Of a DNA stretch of 64,000 bases, positions 11,875 to 24,900 are shown piece by piece. A program made the position numbers and the translations under genes. The stretch spans positions 372,001 to 436,000 of the forward strand of contig CAJNYD010000035.1 of the NCBI GenBank assembly GCA_905331295.1, in the 5' to 3' direction. Below the pieces are notes generated by a model that saw only the letters and a program-made list of their open reading frames with translations, was not told the DNA's origin and ran no database searches. This DNA comes from Rotaria socialis. Taxonomy: Eukaryota. Position 1 is the first letter of the stretch. Every line of letters begins with the position of its first letter.

Positions 11875-14800
11875 TTATTTGTCTTTTGTATTATTTTCAT
11901 TTGGTTTGATACTGTCAATTACATGGCCCGTTATTAAATCAACAACTTCACCAACGTGAGTTTTACAAAAAAAACAGTCTTTGTTTGTCATAAAATGCAT
12001 ACTAATGCATGATCTATAAATATTAAAAAACAAAAAAAAACGCTTTAATCAATAAATTTTAATATATAAAGAGAATAACTTACAAACAAGCTTGATGTCT
12101 GCAAGGACGAAACTCTCCTTGTATTTGATGTGAATAACAAATTATACATATTGAATCATCATTATCATCAGATTTTTTCATTGTTTTAGCAAATATTTCG
12201 TATGTATCATTTAATTTACGATACAATTCATCAAGATCATGAGCTTCTGATCGATTTATTTCTGGTTGAGACACAAGAGTAAAATGTGCTGAGGATGATT
12301 TTGAATTCGATACATCACTATCCAAGCCATATATAAGACGACGTAAACAAGATAAATCAAGATCAGCTTCATTATAAATAGCACGACAAACACGTAGTGA
12401 CCTATTTCAAATTAAAGAAAAGTCAGTTTTCTACATGTTTTGTTTTTGTATGAATCAATTTTATACGTCTCAGTGCTTGTTCGATTAATTAAATGTACCA
12501 ATATGCCGCATACTGATGAGAATATTGGATATGGTTGAATATTGTCTAGTGCTAAGAAGAAATAAATTTTTATTATAAATTCTGAAGAAGAATTTTAATG
12601 ATGAAATATGTTAGAATAGGGTAACAAAAACTGACGAATTTATTCGCATCATGAGACAACAAATTTGTGTTTTACGTTAGGAAAGTTCCCTATAAAGAAG
12701 ATATTGCCTAAGCTGATATCATTCTAACGAGCTCCTATGGTATCTGTCGTGAGACGGCATATCGTCTGTTTCTATAGATGTTTACATTCGAATTATGTTT
12801 AGTTTTACGAGATAGTTCATTTTTAAATAGACTGTATATCTACAACTTGTTCGTAACTGTTGGTTCTATTTTGAAAGTTCATTGTCTCAACAGCAAAAAA
12901 AATAGTTTCTTTTCGTTGAAGATTGTAAAATATTCTATGGATTAGTGGGCTGTTTTATTTTTGTTGCTAAAATGGTACATCCATAATTTTAGTAAGATTA
13001 ACATAGATAAATACTGTATATATCTGTGGAATTACATTATTTCTTTCAGTACATTTTTAGTATGGTCAAGTCTGCTCGAAGGAATACTATGAGCTCTGAC
13101 GACAAATATTAATCAAGGTAACGTTTTTGTAAGCTTCACAAGCAGATCTGATATTTTACTATAGCGAAATCCAAAAAGGCCATAACGAACGTAGCCTAAA
13201 AGCGAATTCGAATAACATATGATTTTTTTAAAATGAAAAACATGATGAAATCGAAAAGAAAAACTTGCCGAAATATATACTTTATTTTAGAAAATTACGA
13301 ATAGTTATATTATTTCTTATCAAATAAAAAAATGTTTGTATTCTTTGTGGTAGAGAAAAATACATGAATGAAAAGGCAACTTTCATCAAAAATAATTTAC
13401 GCTTTACAAGAAGATGCATCAAGTTTTCGGCAACAAACAAATTTAGTTATAAAAAGAAAAGAAGTTTTCAGTGATTGAAGTTTTCATATCATAATGACTT
13501 CTAATTTTTTTCAACTATAAGTTTTTGTTTGTTTTTACATTCGAGATAGAGAAACTATTGCACATCAGAAATTCTTATAACAAAAAATTCTACGATTCTT
13601 TTTGAAAAATTTAACAGAAAAGCGAAAATTTATTCTTTACTATGCGGAACAAACTTGTAATATCTGTTAATTAAATAAAGTCTATTGAGACATATTATTG
13701 AAGAATGCCATTGTTAATAATAAAAAATCTAACTTTACATAGTACTCTAATTATTTTTTGTGACGATCGAGAATGAAGATTTTCTTTTTATTATTTCGAT
13801 TTCTTACCGTACATTTTGAGTCGTTCCATATCTTCTAGAGAATAATTTTTCGTTGCTAATCGATTGATAATTTGAGCAAGTAACTAAAAGCAAAATAATA
13901 ATGATTAAAATTCGATCAGAACTAAAAGTTAATTTTATACTTGAAGAAGCCGAATAAGAAGCATTTCAGATTTCGTTGAGTGTTTATCAAGCATAACAGT
14001 TGGGGCAACACAGATGCTCATTTCAATTGTACGTAATAAACTAACAGTTACATCAAAACAAGTCGAACATATTTTCATTTGTCTATGTTCAATCGTTGGC
14101 ATATAACGAGCTTTTGTTGGTACCAACTAAATCCATAAGAATGTATTAGAAGAAGAAAAAATGAAAACTATCGTTTATTTACATCTTTTAATAATCCCAT
14201 AAATTCTGAGAAAGCCCAATTTAATTGTCCTAATAAACTATTGAGAAATGCAATAGCATCATCAATATTATTTAATAAATATCGTCCGATCTCTTGTTGA
14301 TATTTCATTGATGGTGATGAGTCTTCGTAAGAGAAAATATAGATTATTTTATACTATATTTTTCAAATCTTCTTCTACCTTGAATTCGATCTTTTCTTAA
14401 ACTTTGTATAAATTTAGATGGATACGCTTGTGAATATCGAAAACCAAAGCCACAACCTCTCCAAAATCGAACTAATATTAAATTTGTCATTGCCCATGGA
14501 CGATTGGCATATGGTGTCAATAAAGCTCGAATCAATATGGTTCGATTAGATTCACGCATACCCTCCAATGCTCGTAATGAACCCGCATAAAAACAAAATG
14601 CACTTAATGATTGAGTCATATTATCTCGAACATCTATTCGAATAAATTAAAACAATGAAAAAAAAAGAAACGCCTAGAAATATTTCACCTGAATTTACTA
14701 TTCGAGTATCTTGCATATGATTAGCAATAAATTGTACAAAGTCAATTGCAATATCTCGACTTAACCCTGAATCTATGTTATAAAAATAATCTTTTTTTTT

Positions 14801-17800
14801 TCAATTAAAATGATTGTAAATTTTGTTTTTACCTTCTGTAGGATAATAAACATTGAGAGCAGTAAATGTGTTTAAATAAATATCATTCAAATAGATTTCG
14901 GGTATAAAACTAAATAAATTTCCTGCTTCAGATGCTATTTGAAGTGTACGATAAACAGAACGATGTATTGTAACAATATCATGTCGTTTTTCCTATGAGA
15001 AATATTCAAAATATTTTTGTTTTTCAAAAAACATAAAAATAATTTAATAGTTTACCTGTGAAAAAACATGCATTGTTATCCAAGCAATCTTACGTGTTAA
15101 ATCTTCTGTTTGTTGTTCAAAGATTTTCTTTGATCGTAAAAGTTCATCACGAATTTCATGACCATCATCTCGACAATTCATTATTTTATTATCAATATCA
15201 ACTAATGATTCATTGTATTCTCTTAAACTATCAATTACTTCAGCAACCTAGATAAGAAGAAAAAAAGATCAGATATCTATAGTATAATTAAATACAGTAT
15301 TAAAATCAGTATAGATCTAACAGGAAACTAATCTTCATTAAAAAAATTAAAGTTTTATAGAATAAATTCTATCATTATACAAAAAACCGTCATGTTTTCT
15401 TTTCAATTTCGGTCTCATTAAGGTTTCAATTGTCCGGAAACTATCCTATAGTGATTGCACAATGGTAGTGAAAACACACTGCTTTGAATCATTTTTTTTC
15501 TCATAACTTATAGAATTCTTTCCGCTCATTTTAGATTTATTTATTTGTTTTTGTTATATTATTATTATTATTATTATTGTTATGATTTACTTTAACATAA
15601 TGTTTGTGTACACCAACATGATACAAAAGTATAAGTCCATCAAGTAATTCTGTTAAACTTTCTGAACCAGTTGCATTAGATGATTTCAAACTTAGTCCCA
15701 AGTGATGACAGTAACGATCTCGTCCATTAACTAAATCAGCTAAAATATAGAACGGTAATATAACGTTTTCGTCTATCTTAATTATCTTACACATATTATC
15801 ATGCAGTGATGATTGATCAGAAAAAGCTCGCGATAAAAATGATGATGTTCCTACAGATCTTGCTCGTTTTATATCAGCTGTAAAAGGAAAATTAAAACAA
15901 AAATTAAAATTAATAATCTTCAAAGAAGTATTTGACTTTTGTTTTTGTTACCTGAATATTCTTTTTCTAAATGACTTTGTACACCACCCAATCGTTGTAA
16001 ATTAAAATAATCGAGATTATTATCAATAAATTTTTGACTTGGAACATAAGCAGCATCAAATGATAATGAAGATTCTTGACCTTCATCGAATGATTTGATT
16101 TCATGATACTGATTCCAATAAAATTCTAATACATTTAATAGACGATGAAAAAAATTTCTAATTATGCCTGGCTGATAATTATGAAGCTAAATTACAATAA
16201 AAAAAAAATTTCAACTGGATAAACTAAGAAAAGATATATTTTAATTTTACTGGCGAATCAGCAAGATTCTCTTTAAGAAATGAACGGAATTTCGTAATAA
16301 ATAAGAATTTTGAGGATGGCGGATGTTGAATAACATCTGATGGTGTTAATAAAAGTTTAAGAATTTCAATCTGTATAGTTTCTAATGATTTTAAATCTTC
16401 TTTTAATTTTCGGCATGCCGATAAACAACTTAAATCACGTTCGAGATCATTCTAAAAAAGTATTTTTCCAATATCAGTTTGATATGAAAAATAAAAATAG
16501 AACTTACTAAATTAAACTTTTTTCTTGACCAACCATCTGGTATGATCTGTTTTAATATATCACTATCAGGTGGTTTTATATCAATGAATAATGGTAATTT
16601 GACTTTAATGAAAAATATCGATTCCAACGATAATTTACGTGTATCTTCATGTTTCAGTATTGAATATAATAAAAATAAATATTGACGTTGTTGCTCAAAT
16701 GTTAATTGAACAGGTTCAAAAAAATAAAGAACATTCAATGAAAGAAATAATTGAGTTAATAATGTAAGTAAATCATTTGACTAGAGTAAAAAAACGTTTT
16801 TCTATGATATTTTCTTTTTTGAAAGTTTTGATTTTACTTGAAGAAATGCCCAGAAATAATCTAGACATGTAGATATTTCAACATGTTCTCCATGAATAGT
16901 TTCACGATTGATTCTTAGAAACATCGAAATAAGACATTGTTGTACAATATAAGATGATGCCTGTTCAAAAACAGAAGAAGAAAAAATAGAATGTAACCGA
17001 TTGTATTTAGTTTTATATGATTCTTATTCTTTCATAGAGAATATTAGTGCAAATCCATAGAAGTGAAGCATATGTTGTTGTTTTTTTCAAATTTATATGC
17101 TGAAAAATATTATAAAATTAGCGCTGAAATCAAATAATGTTGATTAAAGATGAAAGATCTATAAACATTGTAAAAAGTACTTGTCTTTAACAACTTTTTG
17201 AGACGAATGACCTTGAAAAAGAGATGGAGTCAAGGTTGACCTCGATTTCTTTCTCAAGTATAAGATTAAGAAAACATTGATCGAAACTTAATATCACATG
17301 AATTTCTCTATCATGCAAGAGTATATTTTATTATACAGAATCAAAGTTATGGTCACGAAATTAACTTCTGTCTAATACTATAGAGTAAATACAAATTGAT
17401 TACAAGTATTTTTCTATACAAAATTGTTTTTCAATCTATCAAGCAAGCTTACGATGTCGCCAATGTTATCTATAGAAGAACAACGGATATAGTTTATGAA
17501 TACTCTATTATACTCATAACTCAAATATCCATGAATATTTCTTTTTTCAGTATAATTATTCTATTTACAGAGAAAATTTAACATAATACAAACCAATAGT
17601 GGGCATAATCGTTCGATTATTTGTTGACTAATAATCATTAGAATAGCATCATTTTTTGAATCAGATAAAATACGATTTTGTGATAACTGAAAAAGACAAA
17701 AATTTATATGAACTCGATTTTGAACCAAAGAAAAATCATGATATGAAGGCATTACTTTTAAAAAAGTTGTGCTTTTATTTGATCCGTTCGATTTCGAATA

Positions 17801-18905
17801 TTTTCCGAAACAAACCACTTGTTCAAATATATTTAATAGAAAATCGGCTTGTTCAGTCAATAACTGTGGTTTTTCATCGATTGGCAAATAATTCACTGTT
17901 GGATGACGAAATGGTGTCGCACCAAAATTTATTTTAACTCGTTCATTTTGTGATAATGATATAGCAGGAAAATAAGCCACACCCTTTCCATATGGTATAT
18001 TTTCAAAAGCTACACCCAAATCAACACCATTTCTATATAAATAAAGATTCAGCATGGTGATTAATATTTTTATTATTTGATTTACCGTTTGAACGAAATA
18101 CTTCCTTCATCGCAATCAATTAAACATGAAATAATGTCTCCGGCTAACCAAGACTATAAAAAATGAATCAAATTTGTAACCAAAAACAAATGAAATCTTT
18201 TTCTTTCATGATTTCTTACATCACCATATTTTGAGTTTTGTACATTCCACTTCCTCACACGTCCACCATCATAAGAAAAAGATGTCCAAGTATCGCCGAC
18301 ACCGATTTCTTGAGAAAAATGACATTTTACTGTGCACCAACCAAATTGCATAACACCACGAGTTTCAAGCAATACTTCATATTGCCATTTACCTCGAAAA
18401 ACGCAAACATCAGCTCGAACTGTATTAAAACTTCCAATACCAGTGTACTGCAAAAAAAAGTTATTTCATTAAATGAATTTCATTAGAAAAAGAACAGAAT
18501 TCTATTTAAATATACATCAAAACGAGTACATTGGACGATTCCAGTTGCTCCGAATAAATTTAAACTTGCTGTTGGAGGTCCAATACGATTTTCTTCATAT
18601 TCTAAGAGATATGATTCATAAATCTCAGTTTGTTTACTGTCAAAAGAAATAATATCTTATACCTGTTGTGGATTTTAGACTAGCTGAGGCAATATCGCCA
18701 AGCTTATTATCAAGATATTCACCAATATCATTCAATTGTTGAGGGAATGTACCTCTATAGAAAAATAACAATTTTCTTAAGGTCATTATTTATTTTGTTG
18801 AATGAAATCATACCTATCATTTAAATTTTCTTGATTGTCCGATCGTTTTGAAAGATTTGTAAAAATATGCAATAATACGTCATTAGCGTTATTTGTTGCT
18901 GTCAT
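11875..18905 (-). CDS. RNF123: E3 ubiquitin ligase RNF123/KPC1 (SPRY + C-terminal RING), many exons
   Basis: SPRY: FNTVRADVCVFRGKWQYEVLLETRGVMQFGWCT...GVGDT...YDGGRVRKWN...YFPAISLS. Middle region: RPWAMTNLILVRFWRGCGFGFRY and FLNSLLGQLNWAFSEF. RING: CIICYSH...[25 protein letters not shown]. ATG at 18905, TAA at 11875. Confidence 0.93.
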
Positions 18906-20417
18906 ACGAATATTTATTGAAGGGTTAATTCGTTTGAATTAAGCAGATAAAAAAAAAGCTAAGATACGAATCAAATGTCAGAACAATCTCGTTCTCATGA
19001 ACATCTACGCAATGCAGAGTATATACAACGAATCAAATTATCACCAATTTTTTGATCAGATGCTTGTTTTCCTAGTGACATTGAGTGACATCTGGTGACA
19101 CGTCAAGGACATACTCTTGAATATCAATGAATACGAGCAATAACCTACGAAAAAATAAAATACATGTAATCTTTTTTCATAGGATAATTTTTTTTTGTTG
19201 AAATCTGTTTTCTCAACATGTCTGTATATAATTAGACGTGCAACGTATGTACAAATTTTCTTTATATACTGTATTAGTATATAAGATTTTCTACTACAAA
19301 TAATTTTGATATAATCCGACTCGAAGTATTATCACAACTCAGTATATGGTTAACTTCATTCATGGAAATATGATCATACAAATATTAACAATATCTAGGC
19401 TTTTGCATGTTTTGAAAGAATAAAAATATTCGGTAAGATTATTTCTGAAAGATAATTCTAAAAATTTTGTATGTTAAGCTCTTATCATTTGAGATGTCTC
19501 TTTAGTATTATAGCTACTCATTTTATGATTTTGTCTCTTTTTATCTGACTTAACAAATAGAATTCATTGAAAACGAAAATTCAAAAGGTACTTTTTGTTG
19601 ATTTCTTACATTTTTACTACTGAAAAATTCATTTAAACTTTCGTTACAATCTTGAATCATCTATAATTACTATATTTACAGTACAGTCTATTATTAGTTT
19701 ACCGATATTGAGTATCGTTTTTAGTTGTTATTCTTCAAATATACTCATGTTTACGTTTATATATTAAATCATACACAATTAAGAACGTTATTGGATTTGA
19801 ATACTCGAATATTGTTTATTTATTCATTGATATTTATAAATAATTATTATTAATAATTATTCATGTAAAAAAAGATCTAATTCGTCCTGTATAGTATAAA
19901 TTAGAGCACTTTCACGTACAATGATGTTTATTTTATAGTAAAGGACAAATACTATTGTACGTCAGTGTATTTGATTATCTGAGTAAAAATACGTACAGAT
20001 CTATGTTTCATTTTTATTCATTCATATAGACACAAGTTCTTTCTCAATCCATTGTTCGTTGACCTTATCAATTCAACAAGATATTTGCTTCATCTGTTGA
20101 TGGATGTTATCAATCGATGGAATCAAGATTACCATCTTTTTCGTTATGATCAATATGTGTATAGAATCTGTTCTCAAGATGTTAAAATTTATTTACGGAC
20201 ATTGTACGTGTGGAAGGTGACATTGATTTTGTTTGTATCTTTTTTTCTTTTTGAAACTTTTTCTAATATTCATTTCGCTATTCATCAATAGTATCATCAC
20301 TAGAAGAATATTGAATATTTCGAATAAAAATTGTAAATATTCTATTCATTTTTTGCTACTTTGACCACATAAAATAAAAGCTTGAGAAAATAAAAATAAA
20401 TTTATTATTTTCTTAAT

Positions 20418-21638
20418 TTAATATAACGGAAATGTTGAATCAATATCTGTATGCCATGCCTGAAAACCGCCTACAAGATCCTTGACTTTTTCATCTATAT
20501 TATCGATATCAGGTAATAATTCTTTTAATCGTTTTACAGCTAATTGTGAATCATTACCACGACGACAAACGATGACAATTTGTTGATGTTTTTCTATATT
20601 TGTTCGAAGTTCATTTCGTAACTGTTCATCATTATTATTATATAATAAACGATCCATCGGTAAATGAAATGAATTTTCAAAATGTGCTATATTGAGTTCT
20701 TGCTCTGGTCTTACATCAATAATAAATGATGCTGCAGTAGATTTCGCTAAATCATCAGCTGTCATACGTTCATTTGAATTTAATAAATTTCTTCGACAAG
20801 GTTGATCATTACTACATTGACCCAATGGTGGTGGAGGTGGTTGATCAATAATAGTTGGATTTGTTCCGCAAACAGCACATGTAGATTGTCGATTGCGTAA
20901 TTTAATTGTTCGAAAACTCATTGATAAACCATCGACAAGAAGCATTCGATTTGAAAGTATATCACCAACTTTAGTCAAAATTTTAATAGCTTCAAGCGCT
21001 TGTAAACTACCTAGTGTTCCACAGACTGGACCAAGTATGCCAACATCAGAACATGTTGAAACTGTTTCAGCTGGTGGAGCTTGTGGATATAAACAACGAT
21101 AGCATGGCCCATTTTTTTCAATATAATTCCATACAGTTAATTGTCCTTCAAAACGAATAACGCTTGCTGAAACAAGTGGTTTTCGGCAAAGAACACATGC
21201 ATCATTGATTAAATAACGTGTTATAACATTATCTGTACAATCAAGAATGACATCATATTGTTTAACAATATCCATAATATTTTCATGTGTTAGCAATAGA
21301 TTATACGTATCAATTTGTAATGATGAATTGATTTGTGAACATGTTAATCGAGCTGAATCAACTTTTGTTCTGCCTACTGTTGTTTCATTGTGAACTATTT
21401 GTCGATGAAGATTTGATTTATCAACATTATCATGATCAACTAAACCGAGACGACTAAGACCACATGAAGCTAAATAGAGAGCAGCCGGAGAACCTAAACC
21501 TCCACAGCCGATAATTAGTGCTGAAGAACTTTTTAAACGTTCTTGAGCATTGACACCAAATTCAGAAATTATTAATTGACGTGAATAACGTTGTATTTCA
21601 TCATTAGATAACGAATGATTACGTACATAATTAGTCAT
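20418..21638 (-). CDS. MOCS3: Adenylyltransferase/sulfurtransferase MOCS3/UBA4 (ThiF/MoeB + rhodanese), single coding exon
   Basis: RYSRQL, GCGGLG, SNLHRQ, DCTDN, CYRC...CAVC zinc motifs and the rhodanese loop CRRGNDSQ. The likely ATG at 21638 directly follows a tttcag acceptor. Confidence 0.96.
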   Translation of the reverse strand: MTNYVRNHSLSNDEIQRYSRQLIISEFGVNAQERLKSSSALIIGCGGLGSPAALYLASCGLSRLGLVDHDNVDKSNLHRQIVHNETTVGRTKVDSARLTCSQINSSLQIDTYNLLLTHENIMDIVKQYDVILDCTDNVITRYLINDACVLCRKPLVSASVIRFEGQLTVWNYIEKNGPCYRCLYPQAPPAETVSTCSDVGILGPVCGTLGSLQALEAIKILTKVGDILSNRMLLVDGLSMSFRTIKLRNRQSTCAVCGTNPTIIDQPPPPPLGQCSNDQPCRRNLLNSNERMTADDLAKSTAASFIIDVRPEQELNIAHFENSFHLPMDRLLYNNNDEQLRNELRTNIEKHQQIVIVCRRGNDSQLAVKRLKELLPDIDNIDEKVKDLVGGFQAWHTDIDSTFPLY

Positions 21639-22105
21639 CTGAAATACAGGGAACCTCAATGTTGAAGAATAGAAAAACAAACTAAATCATAGCATAGTAT
21701 TTCGAACATCATCTATCAGAAAACATTCGTTAATGAATACGCACTTCAAGTTTACACTCAAATTTTAAAAAAAAGCATAACTAGATATTGAAAAATTTAT
21801 GCAAATCCTTCATCATTATCAAATCAATAGTTTATCGAATCAAATTCTACACATATTAATATTTCACTTGTCTTTTTAATTTTAAGCAACGATCGATAGC
21901 CAATGACTGGATTGTAAAAATTTAATAATAATTTCTAATTGTATTAAGATATTTTTGGTTATTTCTTATTCAGACATGAACTCAAAATGTAATCTTGATA
22001 ATTTCATAATTTCATATGACACTTTTGCATAGTCAGATGTATTCATTATGTATAACCTTACTAAAAGGAATACAATTCGTTATTAAGTCAAAATTTTGTC
22101 GTGTC

Positions 22106-22140
22106 TGACAGACAGATAGATAGATAGAAAGAAAGAAAGA
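22106..22140. repeat. (GACA)/(GATA)/(GAAA) tetranucleotide tract
   Basis: tgacagacagatagatagatagaaagaaagaaaga. Confidence 0.8.
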
Positions 22141-22346
22141 TGGAATATTTTATCAATGGTCGAATGAAAAATCCATTCAGATCATATCTCAATAGAGAGA
22201 GCCTTGTATCGTTCTTCTGTTTGGAGTTTTCGAATTAATTATCATTAATAATATAAATTCTACAAAAAAATTCGCCTGATTCAATTTTTTTAAATTGATT
22301 GTATCATTATTTAAGATGGTGCCACATGTATACTAATCCACATCAA

Positions 22347-22370
22347 CTCATCTCCTGTTCGTCCAACGTT
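22347..22370. repeat. Dispersed repeat fragment with a second, inverted copy at about 38480-38504
   Basis: The reverse complement aacgttggacgaacaggagatgag matches aacgttggacgagcaagagaatgag at 38480. Confidence 0.5.
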
Positions 22371-22894
22371 TCTGAGTCATTTACAAAAGCGAGGCACGAG
22401 TTATATACATCCACATTACACTCATAGTTATTGTGTTAATATTAAAATGTACCTATTAGTTTCATTTTAACAATGAATTTTTAAATCGATCTTATTTAAG
22501 ATAATTATTTAACTACTTAATACATCACGTATAAATATATATAATTCTATTCTTTTTTTTCCTCCGTTTTGACAGTCTCCACCCACTCAAGGTATAGTAA
22601 TGTAGACATATCAAGTACCATTATTCAACAAACATAAGACAAAGTATAGTTGAACCCACTTCTCACATTGATTGATATATTCAAGAGGTGGGAATTCATA
22701 TTATATAACACCTGTCAAATGCGTCCTTTGTATTAAAAAGAGTTTGTGTACATATTGAACAACAAATTACATCAAAGTGTGATTTTCAATATGAATTCAA
22801 CTGTCCGTCTTTTTCTTTCTCTGTTCTCTTTTAACACTTCGACTCCACCCTTTTTCTATTCATGACATTTATTTGTAATCTATATATGTATATA

Positions 22895-22941
<47 letters not shown>

Positions 22942-22991
22942 TTATATTCATTTCTATTTTCATATAGATCTTTAACAGTTAAATTTAATCA

Positions 22992-24196
22992 ATGTCGGAC
23001 AATCGAAAAAAATCTCGACGACGTCGATCTATTGATGAGGCACCTGAGTTGACACCTATTGAAAAATCTATTGCTAAATATGTTCGTTTTCAATGTCCAA
23101 CTAAAAAAGGAATTTTGATGGGTATGCAAGTTGTTTATTTTAATGGAACGAAAGCAGTTGAATGTCTTACTGAATCGAAATGGTCATCAATAACTACTAA
23201 AGCATTAGCTGGTGAATCAACTAAGGATAGTAAACATCCTGTTTGTTTTTCATCAAAACATGATGCTGTACAGGTATAATGACTAGTTTTACTTAATAAT
23301 TTCGGTAATATCGTCTTTTATTTCGCTGACATAATTAGATGCTTCGTAAATTTTTGGATAATGAAATGTGTCGTCGAGTTGTTAAAGTTTATAAAGAAGA
23401 AAAATCTTCATTAGAACAAACATCATCGAATGTTACCGGTGATACATCTCAATCGACTACACCACGTGCAGTTAGACAACGTAAAACAAAAGCAACTGCA
23501 ACATCTGAAGCATCATCAAATACGAAAGATGATGATTCAAAAGATAAAGCTAAAAAGAAAAAATTCAAATTTGAATTACACGATGATCAAACATTCATAG
23601 ATTCGGCTAATGAATTCTATGTTTGGATTTATTCGCCAACAACAATTAAACAATATATAATGGGTGCGTTGCTTGTTATTGGTTGTATTGGTGTTTGTCT
23701 TTTTCCATTATGGCCAGCTGAAGTACGTACTGGAGTTTATTATTTATCGATGGTACTTGCTAGTTTGCTTGGTGTATTATTATCATTGGCTGTAGTCAAA
23801 TATATTATATTTGCCGGTGTGTGGGTTCTTACCATGGGTAAAATTAAATTTTGGTTATTACCTAATTTAACGGAAGATGTTGGATTTATTGAATCATTTA
23901 TTCCATTATATTTACTTGATGTTACAACAAAAAAAAAGACAAATAAAAATAATGAAGAAACAAAAGACAACAATGACCAAGAAACGTCAAATAAAAAAGA
24001 AGACGTTAATGAAGAAAATAAGAAAACATTAGAATCTAATATTGTTGGCCGCACTGAAAGTGAACAAGATGATGACGATAAAGAAAAAACAAGTCGATCA
24101 AGTTCCATAGATGATGTTGACGATGGTAACAAACCACAAAAATCATCCGATGAAGACTTTGAAGTACTTTCAAAAGATGAATTAGAAACGAAATAA
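22992..24196 (+). CDS. SEC62: Translocation protein SEC62, 2 exons (22992-23273, 23339-24196)
   Basis: IAKYVRF...YFNGTKAVECL, HDDQTF...FYVWIY, CLFPLWP and FWLLPNLTEDVGFIESFIPLY, with two TM segments and a C-terminal EDFEVL LIR-like motif. Confidence 0.96.
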
Positions 24197-24284
24197 ATAT
24201 AAATATTATCTTTTCCATTTGTTGGTATTTTTTTCTTCATCTCACGCAATAGATATCTATATCTATATATATATATATATGTTA

Positions 24285-24900
24285 CAGAGGAAATTGAAAT
24301 GCAGGGCTATTTACAATAGCCCTTAGGGGAAATTGAAATATCAATCTCACCTAGGGGAAATTAAAATTTTAGTTTCTTCTATAGGGGAGTTTTAAATAGT
24401 CCTAGCAGAAATAAATATATCATTTTTTTCTCTTCGCAAATTCTATATTATCATGAAAATGATTGAATATTTCAAAATAATGTTATGTTTTCAAGCTAAA
24501 TAATCTTACAACAAAACAAACAATAGAAGCGGCCTGCCTTACTGGAACTAACACACTTATATCTAGAAAAATGATCACATATTTGAACACACGCATTTTG
24601 TTTTTTGAATGACATTTTGTGCAACTTTTAATATATTTCGTCTTGCATGGACACGACTTTGTAGCACATGTGCCATTACAATAGCATACTTCTGCAGCTG
24701 GATTTAAGTAAGCGTGTTCACATATGTGATAATTTCTCTAGATATAAGTGTGCTAGTTCCAGTAAGGCAGGCCCTTTCTATTGTTTGTNCCCCCCCGCCC
24801 CCCCCCCCTCTGGTTACGCCCCTACCCCCTATATAAGAAACTAAAATTTTAATTTCCCCTAAGGACTACTTTAAATAGCCCTGCATTTCAATCTCCCCTG
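24285..24900. mobile_element. MITE with terminal inverted repeats, TA-flanked (Tc1/mariner-like target), containing an internal second inverted repeat
   Basis: TA|CAGAGGAAATTGAAATGCAGGGCTATTT ... AAATAGCCCTGCATTTCAATCTCCCCTG|TA. The internal ~75-bp inverted repeat lies at about 24516-24592 vs 24712-24788. Confidence 0.85.

Noticed and set aside
23740..24249. 169-aa antisense ORF over SEC62
   Set aside because: Shadow ORF of the K/E/D-rich coding strand with no protein signature.
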